A stretch of DNA of 63,327 nucleotides, filler included, from Phoronis australis (GCA_002633005.1; 9 parts of 9 records of this genome joined end to end with filler, not necessarily neighbours in it), one strand, 5' to 3'. Numbered from the whole stretch's first letter, positions 13,791 to 25,963 are shown. Made by a program: numbers and translations. The notes: generated from the letters alone by a model not told the origin.

Positions 13791-14599
13791 AAGTACTACA
13801 AGTCGTACCTAACTTTTTTGATGAATTCTATTCCAGAAAACAAACACTTTGAAAAATCATCATTTTTAATACACGATCATGAGACAAATCCTAAGCTATC
13901 ACTTAGGGTTTTGTTATCCCAACATCTACGCGAGCCTAAGCCAGACTGTGACTATCCCATATTAATCAGATTCACAAATTTTTACGCAATTTGTAATTAA
14001 AATCTGCCCTATTTAGTATTGCTGTTTTTGATTTTCACATTTTGATTTATTTGTTTTGACAACAGAATGAAACCACAATTGTCGTTGAAGAAACATTTAG
14101 AGTGGGTCCTGGAACTGAAGGGATATTTCAACTTTTCGTCACGTCTGCATCTGAACAAAACTACTCTCTTCCTGTACAATGTACATGCAGCTCGCATGCA
14201 GTGTAGTTGAGCCAGCGTGCCGGCACACCAGTGACCTCTGTGTACAACCAGGCACTTGGAGCGCTACGAAGCACTGAAAAGTCATTCTTGACCTGTTTAC
14301 CTAAACATCATTCAAAAATGAATGGACCCACCGGAGACAGCCCCAGAGTTATTATCTCTGCGGCGAAGGATGTTAAAGTTGTATCTCCGATGAGTTGCCA
14401 GTGTAATAGTATTGTGATATGTACTAGAACTACACTTAGTTACCTTATATGGCACAATTAGCTAAAATGGTATATTATAAAAGTCTTGCCAAACAGTTCT
14501 ATGAAATGTGACTCATATGCATGTGGTCTTGTGTATTGCAAAAACATGTTGTTGTACAGTTGTTAGTCAGTCCGCAATAAAATAGTGTTCAAGTAAAGA

Positions 14600-16783
14600 C
14601 TTCTTCTTCACTCCTCTCTCCACAAGCCATTACAGCCAGCAGTCACTGGTACGGTGCGCGGCTTTAGACGCTCTGCGGCTGGGTTTAAGATCTTTTATAG
14701 GCCTATCCCCAATTCCCGTACCAGGATGAATTTCAAAAATATCTTGACTCGTTTGCGTCGGATGTGATATGCGACGTCTATGTTGAAAGTGCACTTTTTT
14801 AATATCGGGGATGACGAAGTAGCTGATTGTATACTAGGGTTCTCTGTTGAGTCATGATTGTGAATAGTTTCACCTCTTCTTTGCGTTTCAATCACTGACT
14901 TAGAAAGGTTGCAGAGTTGCCATTCCGTAAATTGGTTGTTGTTTCTTGATAAATATATCGTATAGCTACATCTGAGAGCTGTCTGAGAGGCCGTTTGGTA
15001 TGTTTGTCTTTTGATTTCTTTGGGGACCTCGAGGAAATTCATTAGCTTCTTTAATGATTTGTAGATGAAGCCTCTACTGCTGACTTCAACAAGGAACAGG
15101 ACTGTTTGCCACCCTGCATTTTTACATTCTTCGACGAGATTTGTGTATTTCATTCTTTTCTTCACTGAGGTGTGCTGATTCCATATTGTCTTCTCGCTGG
15201 TATTGTAAGTTCTATTAAAACTGCTTTTTTGCCTGAATTGACCATAACACAATGTCAGGACTTGAACTACTTCATTGATAACATCAAATATTATTGTTAG
15301 GACTTGGTCATGTCGCCAAGTGTAGCGACCATTATTTAATGCTATGTGCAATTGTTGATGATGTGGTGAAGTGTGCCTTTAGCTGTTCTGCAGAGGATGC
15401 AACGTTCAGAAGGCGATTGTTTCCATAAATGTAAATTTGCTGGTGTTGGAAGTACATCGTGTATGGCATTTAGGTTAAATGGCATTTAACCTAAATGCCA
15501 AGAGAGATGTATTCCATGCACAGAGACTCTTGCTCCAAGATACATCAATTGTGACATAACTACATCCCATCTAAGCCATAACACTTATTTGGCACAGCTA
15601 TACAGATATAAGAGTGCTTTATTTTCGTCGACTTCCTTTATACGTTCCGTTATAGATGCTCTATGTTCTTTAGTTGTCATTTTCTTGATGAATTTTCTAT
15701 TAGGGCTATTGTTGTTATAATCCAAACCTTTCCTGTCATTATGACTTCTCGAATAACAAATTTCCTTCAGAACTATATCCCTTTCTCTTTCTTAGAGTTC
15801 TTTTATGCCATTCCACCGTTTTGACGTGAAAATTGTTTACCTTTACCCATATAAAGTTTCCTTGATTCAGGGTCGTTAAAGCATTTGTTGATGTGAAGCT
15901 TGACCACTTGCATCTTCTTTAGATGGGTTGTTAGGCTAGTCATGCCTAAACCAAGATGCTCTTTGGATCTGTAGAGAACTGTGTTAGTTGACATTTTACG
16001 AATTCCAAGCCATTGTTTCAGATATTTTGTGCATATATGTTCAAGTTGTTTTAGCGAAATTCACTGGGAAGTCATACACTGTGAATTCCCAAGTAATCAT
16101 TGGAACCACACCATTGTTGTAGATCCATGCTTTAGTTGGACCATTAGTGTTGTCTTTGTCTAGAATTTCCAGCAAAGTTTTTAATTTTGTATCAAGTTTA
16201 TTCCTTATTTCCGTGTCTTTCAGATTTTTGAACATCATTTTACCAAGGAATTTCATTGCTAGGCTCATGTTGAAGGCTGCGAGGACTAGTACGACAGACA
16301 AAGGGCATCCCTGAAATAAGCCAATACTGTAATTGTTTGATCGCCTCTGCTACATGATACCTGTTAAGTGCGGGGGTTGTGGGGTACTGAACCATACGCG
16401 CTAGCCAGGTCAATCCAAGCAACACTAAGTGGTTTATTTCTTTTCTTTGCATCATTTAGTATGCTGGAAAGAGTCTCTATATGTTCTAGACACCCTGCTA
16501 CTTTTTCCATAAATCCTTTTTGTATGGATGTATTAATGAAACCGTTGGAACAAAGGAACTTCATTAGTGGGATTAGTGTATGCGCGATTATAGTGAAGAA
16601 GACTTTCCCTACTGTGTTAGTTAACGTGATTGAACGAAACAGGGATGGGTATTTAAGATTTGTGTCCTTGGGAATTAGAATTGTTTCACCAACTCGCCAC
16701 GAAAGTGGGATTTTATGTTTTTTCCAAGCTTCCTGGTATATGTTTATTAGAGTAAACAGGCATCCAGCCCACATTACAAATTA
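14600..16783 (-). mobile_element. Decayed RLE-type non-LTR retrotransposon (HERO-like; R2/NeSL group)
   Basis: RT motifs FRSITL, QKGF...GCLEH and WIDLASAYGSVPH; VLPTPANLHLW, zinc knuckle, YTWRHDQVL, frameshifted PDIVLWS...IELT and KYTNLVEECKNAGW...VEVSSRGF. Internal deletions present. Confidence 0.88.
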
Positions 16784-16789
16784 ACCAAA

Positions 16790-18090
16790 ACAAGATTTAC
16801 ACATTACATAAAAAACTTTTTGGTTGCCAGAGTTTCTGCATGTACAATAAACTAAGCCACGTCTTTAATGTCTAGTTCTCGCCTCTTCTGACTAAGTCTC
16901 TTGTTGATATCAATATATCTGTTTCTAGCTTCACCATATAATGGGCATTCCAACAAGAATGGTGTTCTAAAGAATTCATGCTGCAGCAACAGCATATTCT
17001 CTCCTTAACAAAAACCATATGTCTCCCTTTAACACTTCATAAGAAAATGGCCACAAAGCTAAGTGTAGCCAAAGCAGATCTGAGCAAAACACTATGAAAA
17101 TGCCTTACATAGGCTTGTGAGGAGAAATCAGTTTTAGCAACTAAGTTTATACACACCTAACGACTGTGAGGAAATCTTATTTCCCTAGATATGCAGGCCG
17201 ATGTCAATACATCAGTTCTTCCTTAAATTCTTTAATGAAAATTATACAAGTAGGCATTGCCTACGTCTTAGTTGAGCCAGACAATTCCAAAACCATTTTC
17301 AAATAGAATTTTCTTCACATTTAATACCCACCAAGGTCTATTAAATTCAGCCATTTCACTCTGTTCATCATAAAGTATGTTAGTGTAATTATGATTGGTG
17401 ATTGAGAACTCGAAACCAGTATTAAGTTTTTCACCAAATATTTTCCATTGTTCATAATATCTCAAATAACCACCCTTTCTAAAACCCCCAAATTTTGTCT
17501 TGGACATGATCAAGTGTAATTTCCACCTGTTACACAAATCTTCTATTTTACCAATCAGTCTTTGCAAAGCCACAGCCCTTTCAGCAAACAGAACCGGATT
17601 ATCAGCAAACAATAAATTATACAAATTACAGTAAGTAGTCTTACACTGACACATGATCCAATAACAATTTTTAAGTTGTTTTCTTGGTCTTTCAGAAACA
17701 TCAAAATAGAAATGGTGACAGCTAGCAACTCTGTGGAACTCCTGAGTTGCATTAAAAAATGTCAGTTGCCAAACCAGTACCACCAATCAGGACACATACT
17801 TTAAAATTTTCATCCATATTTTGCAGCACCTTGTACATTTTACCTTTGATACCAAAATGAGTTAATATTTCAATCCTTCTCTCCACACATGGTCGAATGC
17901 CTTCTGGAAATGACAAAAAGGCAATTAAACGACCCTCGGTGTAGATCATGTAGTTTGAAACTAGAGTATTAACAATAAACACGTTGTCAATTGTTGAATA
18001 CCTTTGTGAAAATCTCCTTGACCCTCTCTCAAAACACTACTCCTTTGCCCAGGTATTCAACCTGTTACATAACACACGTGTGAAGGTCTT
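16790..18090 (-). mobile_element. Decayed LINE RT, RTE-X-like
   Basis: STIDNVFIV, KAFDHVWR, LLFADNPVLFA, FRKGGYLR and C-terminal FLLECPLYGEAR; many stops and frameshifts. Confidence 0.8.
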
Positions 18091-18713
18091 TACCCGCCCG
18101 CACTTGCAAGTGCAACACTTAACAAGCCACTTCCATTAAAAATAGAAAATCCAACAATTAGTCCACCTCCATAAATGTTTAGGGTTGCTGAAGATTGAGA
18201 TCAGCATTTTGGGCTTGGAGCAGGTAACTAGTCTGCATAGTGGCTTAAAATTAGGCAGACACTTGTAAATCATTCACACACACAAAAGACCTTTCAAAAT
18301 TGTCATACAAGGTCAGTGCTGATAGCAGTACCAGTAGGCCTTGTAAGTATACACAGCTTAGCAAATGGTTAATGGTCCTGGTTGGGCCTCCTATGGGTTC
18401 TGAATATCCAAGCCTGGAATGGGGGTTGTAAGTTATGTATGGGCTTTCCCATAGCCATTGTCTCTTTGCGAGGGAATTTTCCTTAACATTGTTTTTTTCA
18501 ATACTTACAGAAAAACGAGTCTACTACACCTCCTGCTTCATTGGACTGCTTTTGAAATGAACACCCATGTCCATTGTTTCGGAGAGACCCTGTGTATGGA
18601 GGGTTGACACAGGTTGCAGCACGTTATTTTCTCAGTCAATCAACCCAGCTCTCCTCACAACTTATGACAGGATAGAAGATAGCAGACATTTAATCTCACA
18701 ATTGTACAGCTCG

Positions 18714-18907
18714 CTAACTTTCCAATCCACGATGACTCTCCGGCCATTTTCGCAGGTCTCTGTTGAGCAGTGCGCCAAACAAAGTGTTGAAAGGATGTAC
18801 AAATATTGTTGACTTTCCCTCGATGTCTACCATTTCCCGTCGCTCATTGGCCCATTGAAACAGACTCCCTTCCAAGTTCTTGATGGATATATTTCTTGAC
18901 AAGTAAT
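18714..18907 (-). CDS. Rhodanese-domain protein, exon 4 (terminal)
   Basis: tttctccttgtag acceptor, phase 1; DYLSRNISIKNLEGSLFQWANERREMVD...VHPFNTLFGALL, i.e. the rhodanese C-terminal xLxGG/SxxxW motif; ends at a stop. Confidence 0.88.
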
Positions 18908-19559
18908 CTACAAGGAGAAACAAAAGTGTTTTACAAGGAATTTACCTCAATCTTCACATTTAGTTGCATGCTATTTCTTTGATTTTCCTGTCGCTTCTCT
19001 GAATCAAATCACACAGGATTCAAGCACTCTTATCTTTCACTTTGAATTTCTATACTTTCCAAAATTTTATAATCACGGAGACTGAAAGCATTCTGTCTGC
19101 TTCAAAACTGACAGCATACTTCTAAAGCTTCAGTTATTGAAATGTCTTGCAAATCTTTCAAAGGCTAGTACAAAAGCAAAAGACTAATGCACTCAGTAAG
19201 GCTGACAAACAGTGTTTACTTGGTGATGTATTTTGCTTTGTTGTGATCAGAAGCAAAATGTTCTTTTGAAAGATTGCAAGCACGCTACAGGTCACATTTT
19301 TGTCAGATTGACATGAAATTTACAACAATTAACATCTTTGTTTTGGGGTGAAATGAGATCAAAGGTAGTGCTGTTATAACAATTTTCATTGTTGGTGTCA
19401 TGGGAGTCATTGTCATATTCGTTGGTGTTCTTGCCGTCATCACCGCCTCAGTTCTAAGTTCTTCATTTGATTTCGCCAAGTGTCACACCTCAGACCACAG
19501 TCCATTTATGCTCAGTTCCTATCATTCAAGCAACAGGAGAAAAATTTGTAAAAAATTAC

Positions 19560-19652
19560 CTGGTTTATCCAAAAGATTCTGTAATTTGTCAGCCATGAAA
19601 CAGGACCTGTACCCTGCTGAACAGTAACATACAATGGTTGAGTTTTCTTTGT
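19560..19652 (-). CDS. Rhodanese-domain protein, exon 3 (duplicate copy B)
   Basis: Same 93-nt exon with YCSAGYRS and intact splice sites. Confidence 0.8.
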
Positions 19653-20064
19653 CTGGAAACAAAATCATGTTGTTTTTACTCACTCACTCACACAAATAGG
19701 GTGTGGTGGATTATAGAAACATGGTGCAACAGCAACTGAATTTGGGGGGACACAGGTCATACGCCTGGACAGAGATGTAATTCTGGTTTTTCAAATTTGT
19801 TTACAACATCCAAAAAATTCACAGCAAAAGTCTAGACCACATAACCATTTTGGGCTAAGGGTGTATACTAGATAATTCTTTTTTGGCTAAAATCACACGC
19901 CTGGGATTTTCTGTCAATTAAGGGTTTATCCGAAAATCAGGCAGTTGAAAGTGATATTTCTGAAATTTTCATGAAACTATACACACCTTTGCCTTTACAA
20001 GTGGATGAGTATGACAAAACAATTAACCCCAGACAAGTGATGTAAAGAAAGTAGGCCTGGTTAC

Positions 20065-20182
20065 CTAAACCATGTTCACCAACGAACTGTCTTAAACTCT
20101 CTTCATTCTTGGCAGTGTCCATATCTACTCTTACAGAGCCTTCTATGTGGCTGATATCATACTCCTCGGGAGGTCTCACATC
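20065..20182 (-). CDS. Rhodanese-domain protein, exon 2 (duplicate copy B)
   Basis: Same 118-nt exon with intact splice sites and two I/V differences from copy A. Confidence 0.8.
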
Positions 20183-20334
20183 CTGTTAATGGGTATGAAG
20201 AATAATTATGCAAAGCATATTTATTGTAGTCTATTTTTCCCTTGAGGTAAGTGACAAGAAATGTTGCATAGTAAAACAAGATGAGGATTGTGAATACTGT
20301 CACTTATTATGACGTAAGTAGGAAGTTATAAGAA

Positions 20335-21200
20335 GACTCTGCAAGACCGGCATGGAAAAAAATGGCACCAGCGTGTACATAGTGCACCAGGTTTCCAGCG
20401 TCCCATGCACTGGATCACCGATTCAGGAATGCCAGGGCTGGCTGCTGTGGTTGCACCGAAGCAAAAGCTATGTAACTTATAAAACTTGGTGTAGAGGCCT
20501 GTAAAGGAAACTAAACTTTGTTTGACAAGGAGTTAAAACAGGAACGGGTAATCGGTGATCCGCTGAGGTGTTGAAGCAGGGGCAGTGAAGTAGGCTGAAA
20601 GGTAGTAAAGTACAAAGTTACGGCGCCTATGGGGCAATGGGGAGATTGGATGTAAAGGATAGTAAGGGAGACTGGGCCAGAGCTATGCTTGAAAGTATGA
20701 ATGTTGATGGCCACGGAGTCTCCAGATAGTGGGAGGACGACATCGCTAAACCAGACGATATGAGAACTGAGAAAAAACATAGAAGTCTTGAAGGCAACGA
20801 GGTGGCTAGGTGGCTGAATGAACTAGACCACACTATACTGAACAAAGGAAGTATGAGTGACCAATCGGGTGTCAAGTAGTTAGGTGTAGGAATACAAAAG
20901 TAGAACCTGGAAGATATAAATAGGAACGAGTTATGTACAGTAAACCCTAGGGGTTCGCATGCAAATAAAAATGACAAATGTCAAAACAAGAGCAATGCGG
21001 GGAGTTGAAATGTGCCCAAGACTGCATCACAAACGGTGTGTGTTTAGAGCAGCTGTTTATTTGCATCATAAATTTAATAAATATCCAGCAGAGGGTTTGG
21101 AAGATAGAGCCATAGATGCAAAAAAACTGCCACTAGGAGAGGCCATGGTAGTTCAAGTTGTCCGAAAGACCCCATCAGCCGGCCTCTTCACAGTAGGAAC
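20335..21200 (-). mobile_element. Tyrosine recombinase relic (DIRS/Ngaro-type retroelement), copy B
   Basis: CPIGAV, GSPITRS and HSFCFGATTAASPGIPESVIQCMGRWKPGA match the YR C-terminal pattern HSFRIGAATxA...IxxxGRW. Confidence 0.7.
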
Positions 21201-21502
21201 ATGAATGATAATTTTCAAAATTATCCTCAGTGTTTGGTTGATAGAGGGGCAGACGCCAAAAACAGACTAGAAAACAGCAAAAATGAGCGCTAGATGGCAC
21301 AACATATGTTGAATCCATTTGAAAACTGGAACATGTCATGATCGTTNAGTCATTGTCATATTCGTTAGTGTTCTTGCCGTCATCACCGCCTCAGTTCTAA
21401 GTTCTTCATTTGATTTCACCAAGTGTCACACCTCAGACAACTGTCCATTTACGCTCAGTTCCTATCATTCAAGCAACAGGAGAAAAATTTGTAAAAAATT
21501 AC

Positions 21503-21595
21503 CTGGTTTATCCAAAAGATTCTGTAATTTGTCAGCCATGAAACAGGACCTGTACCCTGCTGAACAGTAACATACAATGGTTGAGTTTTCTTTGT
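21503..21595 (-). CDS. Rhodanese-domain protein, exon 3 (copy A), active-site loop
   Basis: tccag acceptor and gtaatt donor, 93 nt, phase 1-1; encodes DKENSTIVCYCSAGYRSCFMADKLQNLLDKP with catalytic-type CxxGxRS. Not present in the ORF track. Confidence 0.88.
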
Positions 21596-22010
21596 CTGGA
21601 AATAAAATCATGTTGTTTTTACTCACTCACTCACACAAATAGGGTGTGGTGGATTATGGAAACATCATGGTGCAACAGCAACTGATTTTGGGGGGACACA
21701 GGTCATACGCATGGACAGAGATGTAATTCTGGTTTTTCAAATTTGTTTACAACATCCAAAAAATTCCCAGCAAAAGTCTAGACCACATAACCATTTTGGG
21801 CTAAGGCTGTATACTAGATAATTCTTTTTTGGCTAAAATCACACGCCTGGGATTTTCTGTCAATTAAGGGTTTATCCGAAAATCAGGCGGTTGAAAGTGA
21901 TATTTCTGAAATTTTCATGAAACTATACACACCTTTGCATTTACAAGTGGTTGAGTATGACAAAACAACTAACCCCAGACAAGTGATTTAATGAAAGTAA
22001 GCCTGGTTAC

Positions 22011-22128
22011 CTAAACCATGTTCACCAATGAACTGTCTTAAACTCTCTTCATTCTTGGCAGTGTCCATATCTACTCTTATAGAGCCTTCTATGTGGCTGA
22101 TATCATACTCCTCGGGAGGTCTCACATC
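22011..22128 (-). CDS. Rhodanese-domain protein, exon 2 (copy A)
   Basis: aacag acceptor and gtaacc donor, 118 nt; DVRPPEEYDISHIEGSIRVD matches the rhodanese DVRxxxEYxxxHIxGA signature. Confidence 0.88.
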
Positions 22129-22271
22129 CTGTTAATGGGTATGAAGAATAATTACACATAGCATATTTATTGTAGTCTATTTTTCCCTTGAGGTAAGTGA
22201 CGAGAAATGTTGCATAGTAAAACAAGATGAGGATTGTGAATACTGTCACTTATTATGACGCAAGTAGGAAG

Positions 22272-23140
22272 TTATAAGAAGACTCTGCAAGATGGGCATG
22301 GAAAAAAACGGCACCAGCGTGTACATAGTGCACCAGGTTTCCAGCGTCCCATGCACTGGATCACCGATTCAGGAATGCCAGGGCTGGCTGCTGTGATTGC
22401 ACTGAAGCAAAAGCTATGTAACTTATAAAACTTGGTGTAGAGGCCTGTAAAGGAAACTAAACTTTGTTTGACAAGGAGTTGAAACAGGAACGGGTAATCA
22501 GTGATCCGCTGAGGTGTTGAAGCAGGGGCAGTGAAGTAGACTGAAAGGTAGTAAAGCACAAAGTTAGGGCGCCTAAGGGGCAATGGGGAGATTGGATGTA
22601 AAGGATAGTAAGGCAGACTGGGCCAGAGCTATGCTTGAGAGTATGAATGTTGATGGCCACGGAATCTCCAGATAGTGGGAAGACGACATCGCTAAACCGG
22701 ACGACATGAGAACTGAGAAAAAACATAGAAGTCATGAAGGCAACGAGGTGGCTAGGTGGCTGAAAGAACTAGACCACACTATACTGAACAAAGAAAATAT
22801 GAGTAACCAATCAGGTGTCAAGAAGTTAGGTGTAGGAATACAAAAGTAGAACCTGGAAGATATAAATAGAAACAAGTTATGTACAGTAAACCCTATGGGT
22901 TCGCATGCAAATAAAAATGACAAATGTCAAAACAAGAGCAACGCGGGGAGTTGAAATGTGCCCAAGACTGCATCATAAACGGTTCAGGGCTGTTTATTTG
23001 CATCATAAATTTAATAAATATCCAGCAGAGGGCTTGGAAGATAGAGCTATAGACTGATGCAAAAAACTGCCACTAGAAGAGGCCACGGTAGTTCAAGTTG
23101 TCCGAAAGACCTCATCAGCCGGCCTCTTCACAGTAGGAAC
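22272..23140 (-). mobile_element. Tyrosine recombinase relic, copy A (intron 1 of the rhodanese gene)
   Basis: HSFCFSAITAASPGIPESVIQCMGRWKPGA in ORF 22272-22583; duplicate of 20335-21200. Confidence 0.7.
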
Positions 23141-23369
23141 ATGAATGATAATTTTCAAAATCATCCTCAGTATTTGGTTGATAGAGGGGCAGATGCCAAA
23201 AACAGACTAGAAAACAGCAAAAATGAGCACTAGATGGCACAATATACGTTGAATCCATTTGAAAACAGGAACATGTCATCGTTTCTTTAATAAAAGGCTA
23301 TTTACCAAATGTCATAAAATTCTGTCAAGGAACTTCAGAGAAACGGAGGAAAATTGAAAAATGAAATTG

Positions 23370-23383
23370 CCACTAGGGGGCGC
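23370..23383 (+). promoter_or_regulatory. Consensus CTCF core motif (CCACTAGGGGGCGC)
   Basis: Exact match to the CCASYAGRKGGCRS consensus; binding is untested. Confidence 0.45.
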
Positions 23384-24278
23384 AGCATTTTTCGGATCTG
23401 TCTGAAAGTCATCATCTTCCGTTGTCAACTTCTTATAAATACACTTGCAAAATTTGTAAACACTATGCCTGATGCTAACAAATATTTAAAAAATACCATT
23501 TCCAAACGACATTCAACAAATGTCGTGAAGACGTGTTTCTTAAAAATACTATCATCAAAAAACTTCAAACGGAGAAAAATGGTTGACTTTCTGAGAAATC
23601 AGAATTAACTTTCATCTGCTAATTCCTTTGCGTGACTGTAAGCTCTGACCCACTTACTACCACAGCATTGCGAACCAACACAATAGGCTTATTCCACAAA
23701 TTTAATCGAAGGTGGTTCTAGATCAGATCATGATTTTAGAAAAATTTGCTTGGTGAATGGAACATAATGAAAAATAGAAGAGCTGGTGGCCTTGGTCTAG
23801 AACCACTCCCATTACACAAATTAAAGTTATGTACTGGCCACTGATGCAAACAAACTACTGGTATGTCCAGGCAACAGTACCTTTTATTGTTGTTCTATTG
23901 ACCATATAGGCTAACTAGCTCAACATGACACATAATTTTTCAACAGATCTCTCCTATGTGTTGGAGATCGGACTACCTACCCAAAAATTCCTTGAAATAT
24001 ACTGGTACCAATTGATTATGCAGTGCCATTTTTTTTTTCTTAGTTACATCCCCTAACACACTCGTCATTCGACCTTTTACATGTCTACCAAATCCACTCT
24101 CAAAACTTATACTTTTATGTTGTGTTTAATGACAAGCATAGCATTTTAGTGCTACACCATAGTAGTACAGTAAAAACAGCAACCACATATTAGAAATTAC
24201 ATGAAAAGTGTAGAAAGTGACAGTTGTTATTAAAAACTCTCTTAAAATCAGAATGTCGCACAGTTTAACTTGACACAC

Positions 24279-24503
24279 CAAGATCACCAAATTGCGCAGA
24301 GTTTCTCCTTGTTCACCAGTGTCATCTAGTTTTCCCCTTTCAATCAGGCTCTGTAGAGAGCTTGTGTTGATGTGGTGTACTTTAGGAAACTTCTTAGCGA
24401 TGCCAGTATGCGCAAGCCTCATTGATGTGCTCAGTGCAGAGCCTGTCTCAGTTTCACGATCATCATTTTTCTTGGTAGTTTGCTGAGATGGTGCATTTCC
24501 CAT
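24279..24503 (-). CDS. Rhodanese-domain protein, exon 1 (MGNAPS...RNLVIL)
   Basis: ATG at 24503, 75 codons, GT donor at 24278; phase 0 joins to exon 2 to give the rhodanese motif LVIL|DVRPPEEY. Confidence 0.85.
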
Positions 24504-24999
24504 TGGTTGCGGCTAATCGTTACTGAAAACAATGAAATTATAATAAGAAAAGGAGGATATTTATAAATCGAAAAAGGATCACTGAAATCTGGAAATGTGA
24601 GCTGAGATTTTTGCTCGTATCAAGTTGCAATAAGCAACCTGGAATTTCCAACAATGCAAGCTGAGTTTTTACACTTCTCGGCAGATACCTGGCAAATATA
24701 AGACAACTCGCGTGAATCCGACTGTTATTTGGTTGCCAAATGAAGTTCATAAGAACACTAACCGAAGATAGCCCTCCCGATGACTTGTAAGCATGTCGTG
24801 TGAACATAGAAAAACGCAAAATCTATCTTTGGTGAGTTTCATTGGCTAACATTTTCGGCTACTTTTGCAAATTTCCTGATGCGCTGAAGAAAGTTTCGGA
24901 CCACAACATTAAACGTCATAAAACGTCACAAAACAGCGGTGTTTCTCCTAATTCTAAGCGATCAATTTACCAAGCTTTTTGGTGGAAAACCATTTTTCA

Positions 25000-25099
25000 N
25001 NNNNNNNNNNNNNNNNNNNNNNNNNNNNNNNNNNNNNNNNNNNTTAATTAATTAANNNNNNNNNNNNNNNNNNNNNNNNNNNNNNNNNNNNNNNNNNNN
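25000..25099. other. Artificial contig linker N-TTAATTAATTAA-N (also at 30540, 39572, 45270, 47762, 52714, 55725, 60397)
   Basis: An identical 100-bp cassette occurs eight times; the 12-mer has stops in all six frames. Confidence 0.97.
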
Positions 25100-25963
25100 A
25101 ATTTGTTGAATCCTAGCTTCCGATTTCCCCCGTTTCGGAGACCGGGTTTCAACCGCCTTAGGCTACACTAAGCGCCCGTCCTTCCCTGAAACGAATTTTT
25201 CTAAGCGCCTGGACGCTTATTAGGGCAAATACGGTAAATTGCAGCTGTTGTGCTACTTCTTGCCAATATCAAATTTCAACTGCTTGGCAACTGGAAATGT
25301 ATGACAAGAGCAAATATCAACATCTGTGCAACTGGAAAATATTCAAACTTCAAAGACCTTCAAGTTAATTCAACTGCTAAAATTTCAACGACTGTACTGT
25401 ACGTCCCGTTCAACTTTTGATTGTCAAAAATTAATTTTAAATAAATTTTCAAGATAAAATTAAAAAATATATATATTACATCTTTCTAAATAGTCACTTT
25501 GCTTTATTAAACTTTTTTTGATGTTCATCCTGACAACAATAAAATTCCAGTTTGAAAACTATTCCGCTGAAGGTCTATACGGCATCAACCGCATGAGAAA
25601 TGGTTGGACTTTGTTCCCTTGTTATGTAATAGATGAGGCTAATATTGAGTTACAACTTGTATACATTCAGTGAGTGCTAAAATCAAGTCAGGGACTAGTT
25701 ATGTGTACATGTAAGGCCCTAAATGACCAAATTTGACTGGCTTTGAAACATCATATCACAGAAATGGCTCATCAGATTCGTATGAAACGTTCACATACTA
25801 TGTCTTATGCACTATCCTCCGAAATATAAGGACTGAATTAGTGCCTACAAAATGATGGAGTTTTTGTTGAAGAATGTACGAAGTTCTCACTTTTAATCAT
25901 GCTTGCTTTCTAAGTTACTGTGTGGTTTCATCTTGCCAACTTCAAATGGATTTCCTTATATAT

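Larger units (their letters stand above)
19405..23283. repeat. ~1.94-kb tandem duplication (19405-21346 and 21348-23283) joined at a single N
   Basis: Direct alignment by eye shows scattered substitutions and small indels; the junction is exactly the N at 21347. Confidence 0.92.

Noticed and set aside
16368-16784. 138-aa plus-strand ORF
   Set aside because: Antisense shadow of the HERO-like RT.
19400-19627. Apparent signal-peptide ORF (and its copy at 21319-21570)
   Set aside because: Antisense to rhodanese exon 3 plus low-complexity intron sequence.
25044-25055. Recurrent TTAATTAATTAA as a biological motif
   Set aside because: Always centred in fixed-length N runs, so it is an assembly spacer.
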